From positions 1 to 57,837 of the IMG/VR virus record IMGVR_UViG_3300022745_000038: 57,837 bases of DNA. One strand, 5' to 3'. A program made the translations under genes and the position numbers. Under the pieces are notes generated by a model that saw only the letters and a program-made list of their open reading frames with translations, was not told the origin of the DNA and made no database searches. Shown here in pieces: positions 9,601 to 18,418 of this stretch. The DNA comes from a virus (lineage: Duplodnaviria > Caudoviricetes). Each line of letters starts with the position of its first letter. Position 1 is the first letter of the stretch.

Positions 9601-12600
9601 AGTGCCTGCACAGTCGCATTCGCGCGAAGCCCCTGCGCCCGGCGCATTGCCTCGCCACCGGTCGCCCGGTTCAATGCGTCGAACCCTCGGTGCCCGCCCT
9701 CGTGAGCCGCCACCCAGAGCGCACGCGCCCGGGATGGGATGGCCTCAGCAACAATGTAGACCCGGCCCGTGCCCTTGACGTAGGCGCCCTCAAGCACGTC
9801 TCCGCGCTGCAGCTTGAGCGCATCGCGAACATCGTCAGGCAGGTCAGCGGCCGTGGCCACCACTTCGACGTTCTTGCGTGGGCCGATCCATGCTCGGACT
9901 TGGGCGACCGTGGGGTTCTCGCTCCGCCGCGAGTCCGCCACAGTGGCGGACTGCTCCGACTCCGGCTGCGCCGCGGCGGGGGGCACCGCGCGATCGGTGG
10001 CGGCGCGCTGGGGGGCTCGGGGAGTCGTCCGCTCGCCGCCGGCCCACTTGGTCACCCGCTGGGTCGTATCGCCGTTGTCGAACCAGTCCTGCAGTTGCTC
10101 CGGCGTCATGCCGACCACACCACCGTGGCGGGCCGCGCCCTTCTCGTACTGCGCGCGGTACAGGCGCAGCGCCTCCTCGGCGTTCTGGGCCCCAGCCACG
10201 ATCTTGTGCTCGTCGAATCGACCGCCCTCAGTGTTCTGGTCGATGACGAAGAACTTCCCGCGCCACGACAGGGGCGTCCCCGCCTTGACGAAGATGTCGA
10301 TGTGGTCGCCGTCCTTGCCGCGCGGCACCCCGGTGATGTAGCCGTAGTGGACTCCGCGCATCTTCACGCGCCAGCGCTTGCCGTTCGGGTCGACTCCTGT
10401 GCGTTCCGATTCGTTCGGGTTCTCCACCGAGATGTTGAACCCAGCAAGGGAAAACTTTCCCTTTTTATAGTTGCCAGCCCGCGTCATTGGCTCGGTAGGC
10501 TGGGGCAGGTCGTTCTTCTTCGAGGTGGCCGCCTCGTGCGCAGCGCGATCGACCCGCGCGCCGCGCGCCGGCACGATGTCCTCCGGCATCTCGTTCGGCG
10601 CCGAAGGAATGCGCTCATCCTGCGACAGGGTGGCACGGGCGTCGGCCGCACGCTTCAGACGTTCCACCTCGAGCGAGGTGGCCTTGTTGGCAGCAATCCC
10701 TTCCCGGCGCAGTTCGGCCTCGAACCGGCGCACCGGATCAGCCACCCCCTCTTCAGACATCACGCGGGACAGGATCTGGTCGCGGCGGGCCGCAGCCTCA
10801 TGCCGGCGCGCTCCTTCCACGCGGGCGTCCACGTCTGCCGTGGTCGCAGTTCTGGCGGATTCGGCGGCAGTACGCGCAGCCGCCTCAGCCTCGGCCATGG
10901 CTACGCGATCGGAAGGCTCCGCGAGCGCTTGGGCCTTTGTCGCGTCCGATCGCTCTGCGGCCCTCTGGGCGGCTCCTGCGGCGTCTTCCGCGGCGGCCTC
11001 CTGGAGGGGGCGCTGGTCCTCGACCCGGTTGGCGCGGTTCGGAAGTTCGCCACCGTAGGTCGACACCTCCCCTTCGACCGTGCGCCCGGTCGGCCGCTCG
11101 CCCGTCTCGGCAGGAAGTCCGCCACTGTGGCGGACTGGCGCGACCGCCGTGCCCGGCCCAGCAGGGGCCTCCGGGGTGTTCTGCCCCATCACGAAGTCCG
11201 GCCGCTCGTTCCATGCCGTCAGCAGACGCTCGACCCCGTCAATCGCCTGCGTGCGCGTCACCTCGTCCAGGCGCGGGTTGCGCGCGATGGCAAGAGCCTG
11301 CATCAGTTCGTTGGTCGACTGCGGTCCGAACCGCTCGTCCTCGCGCATGCCGCGCAGGATGTCCCGATCGATCGCCGCATCGGCGAACTTCACCCGACCC
11401 TCGAGCGTGTCGTAGAACGGGGCCTCCGCCCCGCTCACCGCGTTGCTGGCAGCCTGGATGGCATCATCCACAGTGCCTGCGTTGGCTATGTCCGCCAACA
11501 CCTTGCGGGTCTTGTCCTCTTCGATCGCGCCCGCGCGCCTCGCAGGGGTCAGGACTGCGCCGGGCCCGGCAATGATGCCCTCTCGCGCCGAGTTGAGAAG
11601 GACGTCTTCGAACAGCCCCTGCTCCGGGCGAACCTTCTGCACGCCGACATTGGTGGCGAACTGCTCTGCACCACCCTGCAGGCCCTCGGATCCGACAGCC
11701 ACCACCGTGCGCGCGCCACGGCCGGCGATCCCAGTGACGCCGGCCGCCGAACCTTCCAGACCGAAGCGCCCGGTGATTGCGCCCATGCCGGCAGCCAATC
11801 CGATCGACGCCCACTCCTCAGCCGTGCGCGGCAGTCTCTGCCCCAGCGCCTTCTTGGCATCCGCCTCTGACATCGTCTGGCGCATCTCCTGGTACACAGG
11901 AGAGTTCGCCTGCAGGTCAGAGTCCTTCAGTTCCTGGATCTTGTCGTAGATGTTGCCGCGCACCTCGCCTGCGGCCATCCCGGCCCCAACGCCCTCGAGC
12001 ACGTGCCGCGCAGCGGCCTCGCCAACGCCGGCCCCCTTGAGAGCCAGCCCAAGGGCCTTGAACGGTCCAAAGTTGCCAGCGAAGTCAGCGACCAATGACA
12101 GCGGGTCCACCGTGGCAACATGCTTGGCCCAGATGGCGACCTTGTCCACCTCGCCGTCCGCACGCTCGAGTTGGTTCTGCAGGCGACGGTTCTGGACCTT
12201 CTGCCATTCCGACTGCTTCTCCTGCCCGCTCTTGATGAACTCCTCGAGGGCGTTGGAGATGAAGTTCCCCGGAGAAACCAGATCGGGGATGGTCTTGACC
12301 AGACCTACCGCAGCATTCGCGGTGTTGATGACCGTATCGTTGACCGCAGCCAGCGTCGATCGCTTCGGAGCGCCACCCTTCGCCTTGGGCGACAACGGGC
12401 TCGCGTCGATGTCGAACTCTTCCTCCGAAGGAGCAGTCTGCTGACCGCGCGCTTCTGGGAGTTCTGCGCCGGAAACCATGTCGAAGGCCTGCGCCAACTT
12501 CTGGCCGTACTTCGGGTCCTCAGCGTAGCCGCCCTGAACCATGCCCTGCACGAAACGGCTGATGTCGCCACCAGCCCCGACCGCCCCTCGATACCGCGGG

Positions 12601-12929
12601 TTGCTGCCGATCAGGTTGGCGTAGTCCTCGGCAAAGGCCTCCGGGGTGTCATAGGCCCGGTACTTGTCCACCGTGCCCAGCATGTTGTCGCGAGCCGGAG
12701 CAGAAGGGCCACCCCATCCTGTTGCCTTGATGTTCCCCAGGTTGTTGGTGCCCGGGATGACCGACCTCCCCCAACCAGTCTCAAGCCCCCACTGGGCGAG
12801 AATGGCCCGCGGGTCGACGCCCAACTTCGCGCCGGCCTCGGCTGCCGCTTGGCCATACGTGTCAACGAAGTCGGCTACGCCGCCGCCGGTCCGGGGGGCA
12901 AGTTCCAGCCCAAGGGTGTCGGCCATCAA
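3615..12929 (-). CDS. Giant 3104-aa polyvalent internal virion/ejection protein: GH73 muramidase, inorganic-pyrophosphatase-like, HExxH peptidase, ART-like, glycosylase-like, zeta-toxin-like P-loop, LPD38-like C-terminus
   Basis: Motifs AQWGLETGWG/NNLGNIK/YAEDPKY; HYGYI..DGDHIDIF..DEHK; AAHEGGH; YHGS..GWGLYFT..YVVF; SPQKDW..KVRSFFNNI..VTIDTH; GGTGAGKST; RIPKPFEIG. Confidence 0.9.
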   Translation of the reverse strand: MMADTLGLELAPRTGGGVADFVDTYGQAAAEAGAKLGVDPRAILAQWGLETGWGRSVIPGTNNLGNIKATGWGGPSAPARDNMLGTVDKYRAYDTPEAFAEDYANLIGSNPRYRGAVGAGGDISRFVQGMVQGGYAEDPKYGQKLAQAFDMVSGAELPEARGQQTAPSEEEFDIDASPLSPKAKGGAPKRSTLAAVNDTVINTANAAVGLVKTIPDLVSPGNFISNALEEFIKSGQEKQSEWQKVQNRRLQNQLERADGEVDKVAIWAKHVATVDPLSLVADFAGNFGPFKALGLALKGAGVGEAAARHVLEGVGAGMAAGEVRGNIYDKIQELKDSDLQANSPVYQEMRQTMSEADAKKALGQRLPRTAEEWASIGLAAGMGAITGRFGLEGSAAGVTGIAGRGARTVVAVGSEGLQGGAEQFATNVGVQKVRPEQGLFEDVLLNSAREGIIAGPGAVLTPARRAGAIEEDKTRKVLADIANAGTVDDAIQAASNAVSGAEAPFYDTLEGRVKFADAAIDRDILRGMREDERFGPQSTNELMQALAIARNPRLDEVTRTQAIDGVERLLTAWNERPDFVMGQNTPEAPAGPGTAVAPVRHSGGLPAETGERPTGRTVEGEVSTYGGELPNRANRVEDQRPLQEAAAEDAAGAAQRAAERSDATKAQALAEPSDRVAMAEAEAAARTAAESARTATTADVDARVEGARRHEAAARRDQILSRVMSEEGVADPVRRFEAELRREGIAANKATSLEVERLKRAADARATLSQDERIPSAPNEMPEDIVPARGARVDRAAHEAATSKKNDLPQPTEPMTRAGNYKKGKFSLAGFNISVENPNESERTGVDPNGKRWRVKMRGVHYGYITGVPRGKDGDHIDIFVKAGTPLSWRGKFFVIDQNTEGGRFDEHKIVAGAQNAEEALRLYRAQYEKGAARHGGVVGMTPEQLQDWFDNGDTTQRVTKWAGGERTTPRAPQRAATDRAVPPAAAQPESEQSATVADSRRSENPTVAQVRAWIGPRKNVEVVATAADLPDDVRDALKLQRGDVLEGAYVKGTGRVYIVAEAIPSRARALWVAAHEGGHRGFDALNRATGGEAMRRAQGLRANATVQALSEAVAADRGIAVGRLSMEEALMELIAADTTGDFSGLADRYGVNATALRTPRTMLGRFMDWLRGWFKSNGATDAEVRTFLREISNESAVDNFHGADGSVAAMIAYHGSGRRGISKFDTAKIGEGSGDNDYGWGLYFTSKPEIAEWHRRQLSEEVTKLGLVPIEELYETAVEKFGKVPGEALRYAVDNGLVDARDTFDAMRDPKERDSGWMDDASDAEIDSAIALLKKMKVEYAGGLYTADIPETTNMLRWDRGFNDQPDVVKAAWSGFGLPESGTGGAAYRGMAQKLGSARDASMELLARGVLGIQYADALQPKESNYVVFSAEDTKILSDRYAGGADGDVVAVASTVSARRPTAKKATEDPLAESLQIDLDAMRRSGEAAFAKNIDIMSEYPGMGGIAGTPDERAEQIVQRITDNLLWLHDQVPAATRANSKQWYDGARKLADAWAAKYGVTRDQSAAVIAAMSPQKDWYMNVTAAERVLDVWHDQQQHRWDPAMDMIAGKILPKSLRGQVAGKRLSQLKTLVQKAAWIRVYDQAHNPRSYRMSAPTGAFIGWMKTGKGSNSKLAWGSFSEIGKAISALTDGSRENISALLGDQHKVRSFFNNITEPNDEGGSVTIDTHAVAAGLLRGMSGSSAEVTHNFGSGGVASSSITGAQGTYGIYAEAYRRAAAVRGIFPREMQSITWEAVRGLFKPTFKAKKSNVQAIDNIWRRVDAGEVTTDEARNEIVQRAGRIDPPSWEGSDSGRTGKAPSSSYRSELAGNVGFAGAAGRGVKSGNAGGPSDQGSAATGRGRFVLNVAVPVSDTQKALAAVRMFLSDPVGAVTRSEDGASFPMSRKSTPKERSKIAEMLGGVDVSERAAGDEAVASVAPKLTNRQIEDRLQAKIDSDYEAAVAEYNALPDAMGGRVLNTDLARELSPEYREDRTLSAAVHEPASAFVKRRYADMLAAPTPANRDPVVLFTAGGTGAGKSTGLRILAGAADRAEIIYDTNMNALPSSVSKIEAALKSGRDVTILYTYRDPVEALVHGALPRAMRMGRTVPMNEHAKTHVGARKVVDQLADRYRGNDRVTIVVVDNGRGKGKAAVVARSSVPAVDENVGQSLREALESEYAQGRISEAVYRGTSASSNRQEPQGVVPEGGERVRGQPQPERQRPEVMASVSRTPDWAKGNAALESATGKIDTYAPKKTLREKVSGMMDNWKTRLVQGVFDQFRPLEKLSHKAYVLARMSKSADGVLEGLLLHGKPVMHADGHIYGDLDGKGFLGAMQALNGEHDRFLAWVAGNRSAKLMIEGREHLFTPAEIAALQGANRGNMPDGSSRAQAYARALQTLQDYNKSVLDIAEKTGLIDPVGRAVWESEFYVPFYREMEGNEISGPGMVKGLVRQRAFQKLKGGEENLGDLMENTLRNWSHLISASMANQAAAASLTEAERQGVAITADADTARQIAKRTSGKGSATYFMDQGKEHWMVVGDPFVLDAITALEAGPLRGWAMDWMSKAKRTLTIGTTISPSFKIRNLIRDSLAAIGQNDMSYNVAKNLVEGWQGTRKDSTEYAQMLFGGAMMRFGQFNDDHAEHAKRLIEQGVDANTILSTPEKIKAAFGKVWDSYQDFGDRMENINRAALYKQLIARGVPPLEAAYQARDFLDFQLQGSFVAMRFLSQVVPFLNARAQGLYKLGRAGKEDPTRLFAVSAAVALASIGLLLAYADDDDWKAREDWDRDAYWWFKIGDTAFRIPKPFEIGALGTIAERSWEFVISDEMTGKRLGERMASMVKDTFAMNPVPQLFKPALDLYANKDSFTGRQIETKGMERFSKSERKSYNTSWIAETLGAAGDTTGISPVQVDHLIRAYFGWLGSHIAMGVDTMAADPLRGRTHATRRWDETFVIGDFVKEVPSNRSRYVEDFYKQAKAVHEVMADIKQARELGELEKATRLAAENEDKIVLNKAYTQAEKKIGEINKALRLAQYRAMDPSEKREVIDRLSQQRAQIARTVELQRAAMRQ
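9934..9950. repeat. 17-bp palindrome copy 2 (extends to 21 bp), encodes SATVAD in the giant protein
   Basis: agTCCGCCACAGTGGCGGAct. Confidence 0.95.
11118..11134. repeat. 17-bp palindrome copy 3 (21 bp), encodes VRHSGG in the giant protein
   Basis: agTCCGCCACTGTGGCGGAct. Confidence 0.95.
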
Positions 12930-14005
12930 GTGTTCCCGTTGATCATGCCGCGAATTCGCCGGTTCTGTAGCCCATCGGCAGGTCCTCTATTCACGTCCCC
13001 CGTCCAAGGAACAAACGGCACATCGGTCGGATATTCATCTGACCTAGCCGCTTTCGGCTCATCGGGCGGGGAAGCCGCCGGTTGCGCCTGCTGCTGACCG
13101 CTGCGCCGAAGCCCATGCTGACGCATCCACTGGTCGAACTGGCGGTTGGACCGATTCAGGTACTCCTCGGAGCGCGCTTTGATGTACTCTTCCTTCGACA
13201 TGGATCTGTCACCAACATCGACCGAAGCGCTGCCACCCCAGCCCTTGCCGGGGTGCTCCATGTAATCCTTCTTCGCCGCGGCCTCGGCTTCCTTCTTGCT
13301 CGGCAACGGCGCACCCAGAGAGGCAGTCACCGCCTCCTCAGGGTTCATGCCGCCACGGACCAGCAGCCCGGCGATCTCCTTCCGGCCGGGCAAGGTGTCG
13401 GCGTCAATCTTCGGGCGTCCGAGATCATCCACTTCGGTCTTGAACGCCTTGTCGATGCCGGCCAACGCCGTGTTGACGTTGCGTTGCACCTGGGCATCGT
13501 TGGGCTTGGGTTGCTGGGATCCCCAGCGGGTGCCACGTTCGATCGCCCCAGTCTCTGCTTTGGTGCGTTCGGTCTGGGCGTCGATCAATCCCTCGTTTTT
13601 CTTGTAGACGCCAGCGTGCGCCCGGTACAGGTCAGCCTGCTCGGGCGTCAGCGGCGTTGGAGTTTTCTCCGGCCCATAGGTCGGCTCTGCTCCGGGCTCG
13701 CCCGTGTAGCGCGCCTGGTCAGGGGCCAGCGTGTAGGGCTTGGAACGCTCACGCTCGAGCAAGATCGGCGAGAGACGTTGCTGATGCTCGACATCGCGCG
13801 GCACAGCAGCGTCGGCCTCTTTCATCCGGAGCCCGGACTGCAGTTCAGCCAGCCGCGCCGACCGCGCCTCTTCCAGCGCCGACCGCTCGCGCGCAAGATC
13901 CAGTTCCGCACCCTTGCGGATCTCGGTGCGCGCCATCTCCCCGCCGACTTCGGCAAGGGCACCACCAGCACCGGCCGCAGCCTGCGAGAAGTTGAACGCC
14001 ATCAT
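12926..14005 (-). CDS. Putative internal virion/DNA ejection protein
   Basis: G/A-rich N-terminus, helical; position just upstream of the giant protein. Confidence 0.6.
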   Translation of the reverse strand: MMAFNFSQAAAGAGGALAEVGGEMARTEIRKGAELDLARERSALEEARSARLAELQSGLRMKEADAAVPRDVEHQQRLSPILLERERSKPYTLAPDQARYTGEPGAEPTYGPEKTPTPLTPEQADLYRAHAGVYKKNEGLIDAQTERTKAETGAIERGTRWGSQQPKPNDAQVQRNVNTALAGIDKAFKTEVDDLGRPKIDADTLPGRKEIAGLLVRGGMNPEEAVTASLGAPLPSKKEAEAAAKKDYMEHPGKGWGGSASVDVGDRSMSKEEYIKARSEEYLNRSNRQFDQWMRQHGLRRSGQQQAQPAASPPDEPKAARSDEYPTDVPFVPWTGDVNRGPADGLQNRRIRGMINGNT

Positions 14006-14550
14006 GCCTCCATCGGTTGCTCAGACTGCCCTGCTGGGGACGCCTGCTGAGTCTGGCCCATCAGCGCATTCTGCACCTGGTCCTTCTGCATGCCGATGCC
14101 TTGCATCACAGTCGCGGCAGCAAACTGCATCGCGCCCTTTCGGTCATCTTCCGATACCGGCTTGCCCGCCTCGGACACGAAATCCGCCACTTCGGCGGCC
14201 ACCTCGATCGCCGCAGCGACGACCGATGGCGCGGACACCTGCCCCTTTGCCGCCCGCAACACCATCCCCATGAGCCCGGCAGCGCCCTCGCCGATCATCT
14301 GCGCGGGCGGAACCTGTCTGGACATCTGCTGCATCACCAAGTCCTTCGCCTGCTCCGAGTACAGGATCTTGGCCGCCGCCATAACCAGCCGCTCGTACTC
14401 GGGCTTCAGTTCTGCCGGGATGGCATCCGCCGCCTTGGTGCGTGAACCGATTCCAGCCTGCGCGCGCTCCTGCTCCGGAGACTCCGCGCCTTCTTCCGAA
14501 TCTGGGTGGGGAGCCTCAGCTTCCGTCTGCTCGTCGATCATCCCGGCCAT
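14002..14550 (-). CDS. Hypothetical protein of the ejection-protein cluster
   Basis: Translationally coupled ORF with GC3 bias. Confidence 0.65.
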   Translation of the reverse strand: MAGMIDEQTEAEAPHPDSEEGAESPEQERAQAGIGSRTKAADAIPAELKPEYERLVMAAAKILYSEQAKDLVMQQMSRQVPPAQMIGEGAAGLMGMVLRAAKGQVSAPSVVAAAIEVAAEVADFVSEAGKPVSEDDRKGAMQFAAATVMQGIGMQKDQVQNALMGQTQQASPAGQSEQPMEA

Positions 14551-14553
14551 TGG

Positions 14554-15453
14554 TCACCCCTGAGAGTTGATCATCCCGACGCGAGGCATGTTCATTTGCC
14601 CGCCGGGGTACAGGTTCGTTTGCTGGTTCAGCCTGAACGGGATCCCGGGGATGTTGTTCTGCCGGGCCAGTTTCTGCTGGAGAAGTTCCAGTTCCATCGC
14701 GTCCTTCTCGCGCAGGTACTTCAGGCGCTCTTGATTCGGGTCCTTCGTGAATCCCTTCTCGACGAATCGCCCGCCCATGTTCAGCGCCGTGCTTGCGAGC
14801 AGCGGGTTTCCTTTCCCCCACTCCATGAGGCCATCGATCAGCCCGCCGGATGGCTTGCCGGCCGCCGTCGAAGGGGGGCCCTGAAACTGACCGGTGTTGT
14901 AGTCGCCAAGCCTGTCTTGCCACTGCGCGGCGTCCGATCCAGCCGGAGCGCCGCCGGACAGCTCGGCCGGGATCTGGGAGTCGATCATCCCCTTCCCAGC
15001 AAGCGATTGCTCGGCGAGCGGCTGGGATCCAACCGAATCCGCCACTGTGGCGGGCTGCGCGGCATCCACCCCGCCGGGCAACGGGGACTGCGCGACCTGG
15101 TCCTTCGCAGAAACTCCGAACGTCTGCACCCCTTCATTGGTCGGGGCAGTCGCCAACCCAGTGGCAGCGGTCGGGTCCTTCCCCGACAGGGTCGAGGTGG
15201 TCATTGCTTCCGTGGTCGTCGGGGCGGCAGCATCCGCCACTGTGGCGGACGTGCCGGCCTCAGCCCCCGCAGTGGCTGCGCCAGAAAGCAGCCCTGACCC
15301 GAGACTGATCACGGACCCAGCAAGAGCGACGTCCTTGTTATCCATGGCCGCACCAGCGGTCGCCACCACCGCACCAGCAATCATCGCGCCGGTGACCGCA
15401 ACCCCAGCCACTTCAGCGCCAACCAACATCAGGATCGGAATCGCTACTGCCAT
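14554..15453 (-). CDS. Putative DNA ejection/pilot protein
   Basis: Hydrophobic G/A-rich N-terminus (MAVAIPILMLVGA...); GGAG before ATG 15453. Confidence 0.6.
   Translation of the reverse strand: MAVAIPILMLVGAEVAGVAVTGAMIAGAVVATAGAAMDNKDVALAGSVISLGSGLLSGAATAGAEAGTSATVADAAAPTTTEAMTTSTLSGKDPTAATGLATAPTNEGVQTFGVSAKDQVAQSPLPGGVDAAQPATVADSVGSQPLAEQSLAGKGMIDSQIPAELSGGAPAGSDAAQWQDRLGDYNTGQFQGPPSTAAGKPSGGLIDGLMEWGKGNPLLASTALNMGGRFVEKGFTKDPNQERLKYLREKDAMELELLQQKLARQNNIPGIPFRLNQQTNLYPGGQMNMPRVGMINSQG
15038..15054. repeat. 17-bp palindrome copy 4 (one outer mismatch), encodes PATVAD
   Basis: TCCGCCACTGTGGCGGg. Confidence 0.9.
15233..15249. repeat. 17-bp palindrome copy 5, encodes SATVAD
   Basis: TCCGCCACTGTGGCGGA. 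Confidence 0.95.
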
Positions 15454-15863
15454 GAAGGTCTCCAATAGCAACGGACCGGGATAAACCCCTCTTCGCGTGC
15501 CCAGCGGTCATACCTCTTGTCCGGGTTCAGGGTCAAGAACTCCCCGTCGGCTCCCTGACCTCGCGCCCATGTCTCAAGTTCGGAAAGGCATTCGCTGCCG
15601 CCCTTCCCCGTCAACGCAACGACCTGCAGCTGTTTCCCGCGCAACCAAGGGTGATCGACCACGATCCCGGCGGCAACGGAAAGAAGAGCGCCGCCCTCTT
15701 CTCCAACCATCGCGCAGACGTCGCCTTGCGCAGAGCAAAACGCCTTGACGAACCTGCGCAACTTCTCCGGGTCGACGTGCCTTTCGTGCCCAATGCCACT
15801 GGTCACCAACGAGAGGAGAGCGTCTCCATCGCCATCTGCTGCAGTTGCTCGTCGGACAATCAT
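15444..15863 (-). CDS. GNAT-fold acetyltransferase-like protein
   Basis: MIVRRATAAD start, GKGGSECLSELETWARGQGA, terminal REEGF; typical position among podovirus ejection genes. Confidence 0.6.
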   Translation of the reverse strand: MIVRRATAADGDGDALLSLVTSGIGHERHVDPEKLRRFVKAFCSAQGDVCAMVGEEGGALLSVAAGIVVDHPWLRGKQLQVVALTGKGGSECLSELETWARGQGADGEFLTLNPDKRYDRWAREEGFIPVRCYWRPSWQ

Positions 15864-16690
15864 CCTCCCGTGCCTGCATCGACATAACCCGGTTGCGGTG
15901 GCGGAGAAACCTTGTCGAGTCTCGTGTTCAGATCCTTCAGCCACTGCGGCTCCGCGTTCGGCGCGGACGTTGTCGTCTGTCCAAGCGTATCAGCAAGGCC
16001 CTTGTCGAAGGTCAGGAGGGAGTCCATGCCGGGGATGTTGCTGATCTTCCCGATAATCCCCAGCCCCGCCTGCAACAGATTCGACTGCTGCTGAAGCGCG
16101 GCCACCTTCGCCTCACCAGACAGGTCCGATGTCATGATCTTGTTCATCGCGTCGGTGGCCTGCTGGTACAGCTTGCTCGCGCCCTCGTTGCTCGAGATCA
16201 ACGTCTTGTACCCGGCCTCAATCCCGGCCAAGTCCTTGGACTGCGCCCCCCTGAGGGACTGCAACGAGAAGTCCTGAAGTCCTTTGTATCCCTGCGAAAA
16301 CGTGTCCTGCTGGCCCTTCAGGTTCTGCATGCCGAATGCGGCGGCCGTGCCGGCATCCGCTTGCGCGATTGGAAGTGCGGCGCTCATCGCCGCCATCTCG
16401 CCGGCCTGAACTCCCATGCTGCTGTTGATCAGGCCCCGGCTGTTCGCTGCCTGCGCCGCCCGCGTGCGCGCGCCGGTCAGCAGCGGGTTGTCCGACCCCA
16501 TGATGTTGGTGAACCGCTTCTCGACCGACATGTCATCGGTCATAGCTCCCGCAGGAGCCCCGGCGGCTTGCGACTGCACCTGGCCGAGAGCAGCGCTGTT
16601 CACCAGACCGGTCGCGGCTTGAGGCGTCGGCTGCGCTCCGCCGATCTGCTTGATCGCGTCCGTGCCGAAGAGATCGTCTGTGGTTGCCAT
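15860..16690 (-). CDS. Putative internal virion protein
   Basis: Q/A/G-rich; RGLINSSMGVQAGE...ALPIAQADA; located after the tail genes. Confidence 0.65.
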   Translation of the reverse strand: MATTDDLFGTDAIKQIGGAQPTPQAATGLVNSAALGQVQSQAAGAPAGAMTDDMSVEKRFTNIMGSDNPLLTGARTRAAQAANSRGLINSSMGVQAGEMAAMSAALPIAQADAGTAAAFGMQNLKGQQDTFSQGYKGLQDFSLQSLRGAQSKDLAGIEAGYKTLISSNEGASKLYQQATDAMNKIMTSDLSGEAKVAALQQQSNLLQAGLGIIGKISNIPGMDSLLTFDKGLADTLGQTTTSAPNAEPQWLKDLNTRLDKVSPPPQPGYVDAGTGG

Positions 16691-16693
16691 GGA

Positions 16694-18418
16694 TTATGAC
16701 CTGAGGTATGCGTAGGCGCTCGCACCGAATAGAACCAAGAGTGGGTCCCCAGCGGACCCTCCGAACGATGTGCCGGCGGTAAAAGTCACAATCGTGCCAG
16801 AAGGGCCATCGGCATTGGCCCCGATCGTCAACGCTCCAGTGATCGTGACCATCGTCGACGTTTTCAGGTTGTATGCCGCCACAGTGTTCCCGGTCGGCGT
16901 TCCGCTGGCCGAATGCCACGTCGGAGAAGAATGCACAACGCTGGCCACGTTCGCCATTTGTGCGGAAGGCGGGCGAGAGACAAAGACGTGAATGAGCGCC
17001 GTCCCCTCGCGGAATGCATGGAACCCGCACCGCTGCGTGGTGGCGGTCGAAAGTCTTCCATCGAACACCCGGATTGCATAGTCCATCAACAGCAATCTGG
17101 TCAAGTCATGAGGCGGGCTCTCGTACTCGGTCTTGCTGCTTCCGCGCTCGATCTGCACCTTCGCGATGTCAAGAGTCGCCCCGGAAACCTCCCCAAGCAA
17201 TGTATGGGACGGGAGAAAAGATGTCGCGGAGGCAGAAACGGCCCATCCCTCGCTACCTCCGAGAAAGTTGCTCCCCGCATTCAGGACCAGCGACCAGAAA
17301 ACTCGACCATCGAACGTCCCGGACGCTCCAGAAGTCAATGGCGGAATCGTTATCGTCAAGTCTGTCCAGTTGGTTGCGTCCAAAGTAACGGACGCGAGGT
17401 AACGATAATCAAGCCCGCCAAAGTAGAAGCCAATCCCAAGAATGGCCCCATTTATGCTGGACCTCATCTTGAGAGAGACGGTGATGAATTCGGCGGCAGA
17501 GTTGTTTATCAACAGCCCTGGCAAATACCCTGACCCGTTGAACTGCACACCGAGCGAAGTACTCGCCGGAGGAGATACCGAAGACTCCGACGTCAGTCGA
17601 ATGTAGTACGACTCACCATCTGGGCCGCCCGCAATGCGTTGAGCGGTTGGAGATTGTCCTCCAGTGCTACTGCCAGTGAAGTAGTACCCGTCCATGGCAG
17701 GCTGATACGAACTCCCTGCCACCCTGGTGTAGGCGGCCCCCGCGTTGACGGTATCAATCGCGCATGATGGGTTACGCGCCCCGTTCCTGAGAGACCAGGA
17801 AAACAGCGGGATGTTGTGCCCGAGTGCGTTCTTGACGGGACCGCCGAGAGTCGTCGTACCTGTCGTGGTGACGTCGCCAACGAAGGTCTGGTCTCCGTTG
17901 ATGATCTGGTTGCCCTCGGTCATCATCCCGATCTGCGAGATCGGATAGATCACCCAACTTGACGACGTCTCGCCTTGATTCAGTGCCGCGGTGACACTGA
18001 TCGTCAGTTGGTCTCCTACGTAACCATCGATCGCCCCCTGCATGAGGAACGCATTGTTGGTCGAACTGATGATCTCAAGACGCATCCCGACAGACCACGC
18101 CCTGTCAGCCCCCTCAGCGATCGTGAAGACCTTTGACCCGAGATCAATCGTCACGCTCGTCACCGATGTCCCAACCGCGAGTGTTGCCCCGATCTGCGCT
18201 TGAAAGAGCCCGAGCGTGACAGCATGCTTCGAGTGAGTCGGTGACCCAACAAGAACTGGCGTGCTGAACCCCTTGTGCCCGCCGCCAGTGGTGGTGTCTC
18301 TCGTCGGGAGAAGGTCGAACGCGGCATCGACCGCGCTGTCGATTGCGTTGGTGTCCGCGGCCTTCACGAGCCCGCCAGCAACGACATCGGTCTGCGGGGT
18401 GTAGAACTGGTTTGCCAT
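16694..18418 (-). CDS. Tail fibre/spike protein with a carbohydrate-binding-like C-terminal part
   Basis: Start MANQFYTP at 18418; beta-rich S/T/G composition; KVQIERGSSKTEYE motif; lower GC distally. Confidence 0.65.
   Translation of the reverse strand: MANQFYTPQTDVVAGGLVKAADTNAIDSAVDAAFDLLPTRDTTTGGGHKGFSTPVLVGSPTHSKHAVTLGLFQAQIGATLAVGTSVTSVTIDLGSKVFTIAEGADRAWSVGMRLEIISSTNNAFLMQGAIDGYVGDQLTISVTAALNQGETSSSWVIYPISQIGMMTEGNQIINGDQTFVGDVTTTGTTTLGGPVKNALGHNIPLFSWSLRNGARNPSCAIDTVNAGAAYTRVAGSSYQPAMDGYYFTGSSTGGQSPTAQRIAGGPDGESYYIRLTSESSVSPPASTSLGVQFNGSGYLPGLLINNSAAEFITVSLKMRSSINGAILGIGFYFGGLDYRYLASVTLDATNWTDLTITIPPLTSGASGTFDGRVFWSLVLNAGSNFLGGSEGWAVSASATSFLPSHTLLGEVSGATLDIAKVQIERGSSKTEYESPPHDLTRLLLMDYAIRVFDGRLSTATTQRCGFHAFREGTALIHVFVSRPPSAQMANVASVVHSSPTWHSASGTPTGNTVAAYNLKTSTMVTITGALTIGANADGPSGTIVTFTAGTSFGGSAGDPLLVLFGASAYAYLRS

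Noticed and set aside
9690-11870. Long + strand ORFs opposite late genes (also 6309-7892, 18766-20226, 32537-33874, 43696-44988)
   Set aside because: Antisense shadows expected in high-GC3 DNA; no motifs, unlike the HNH ORF at 37763.
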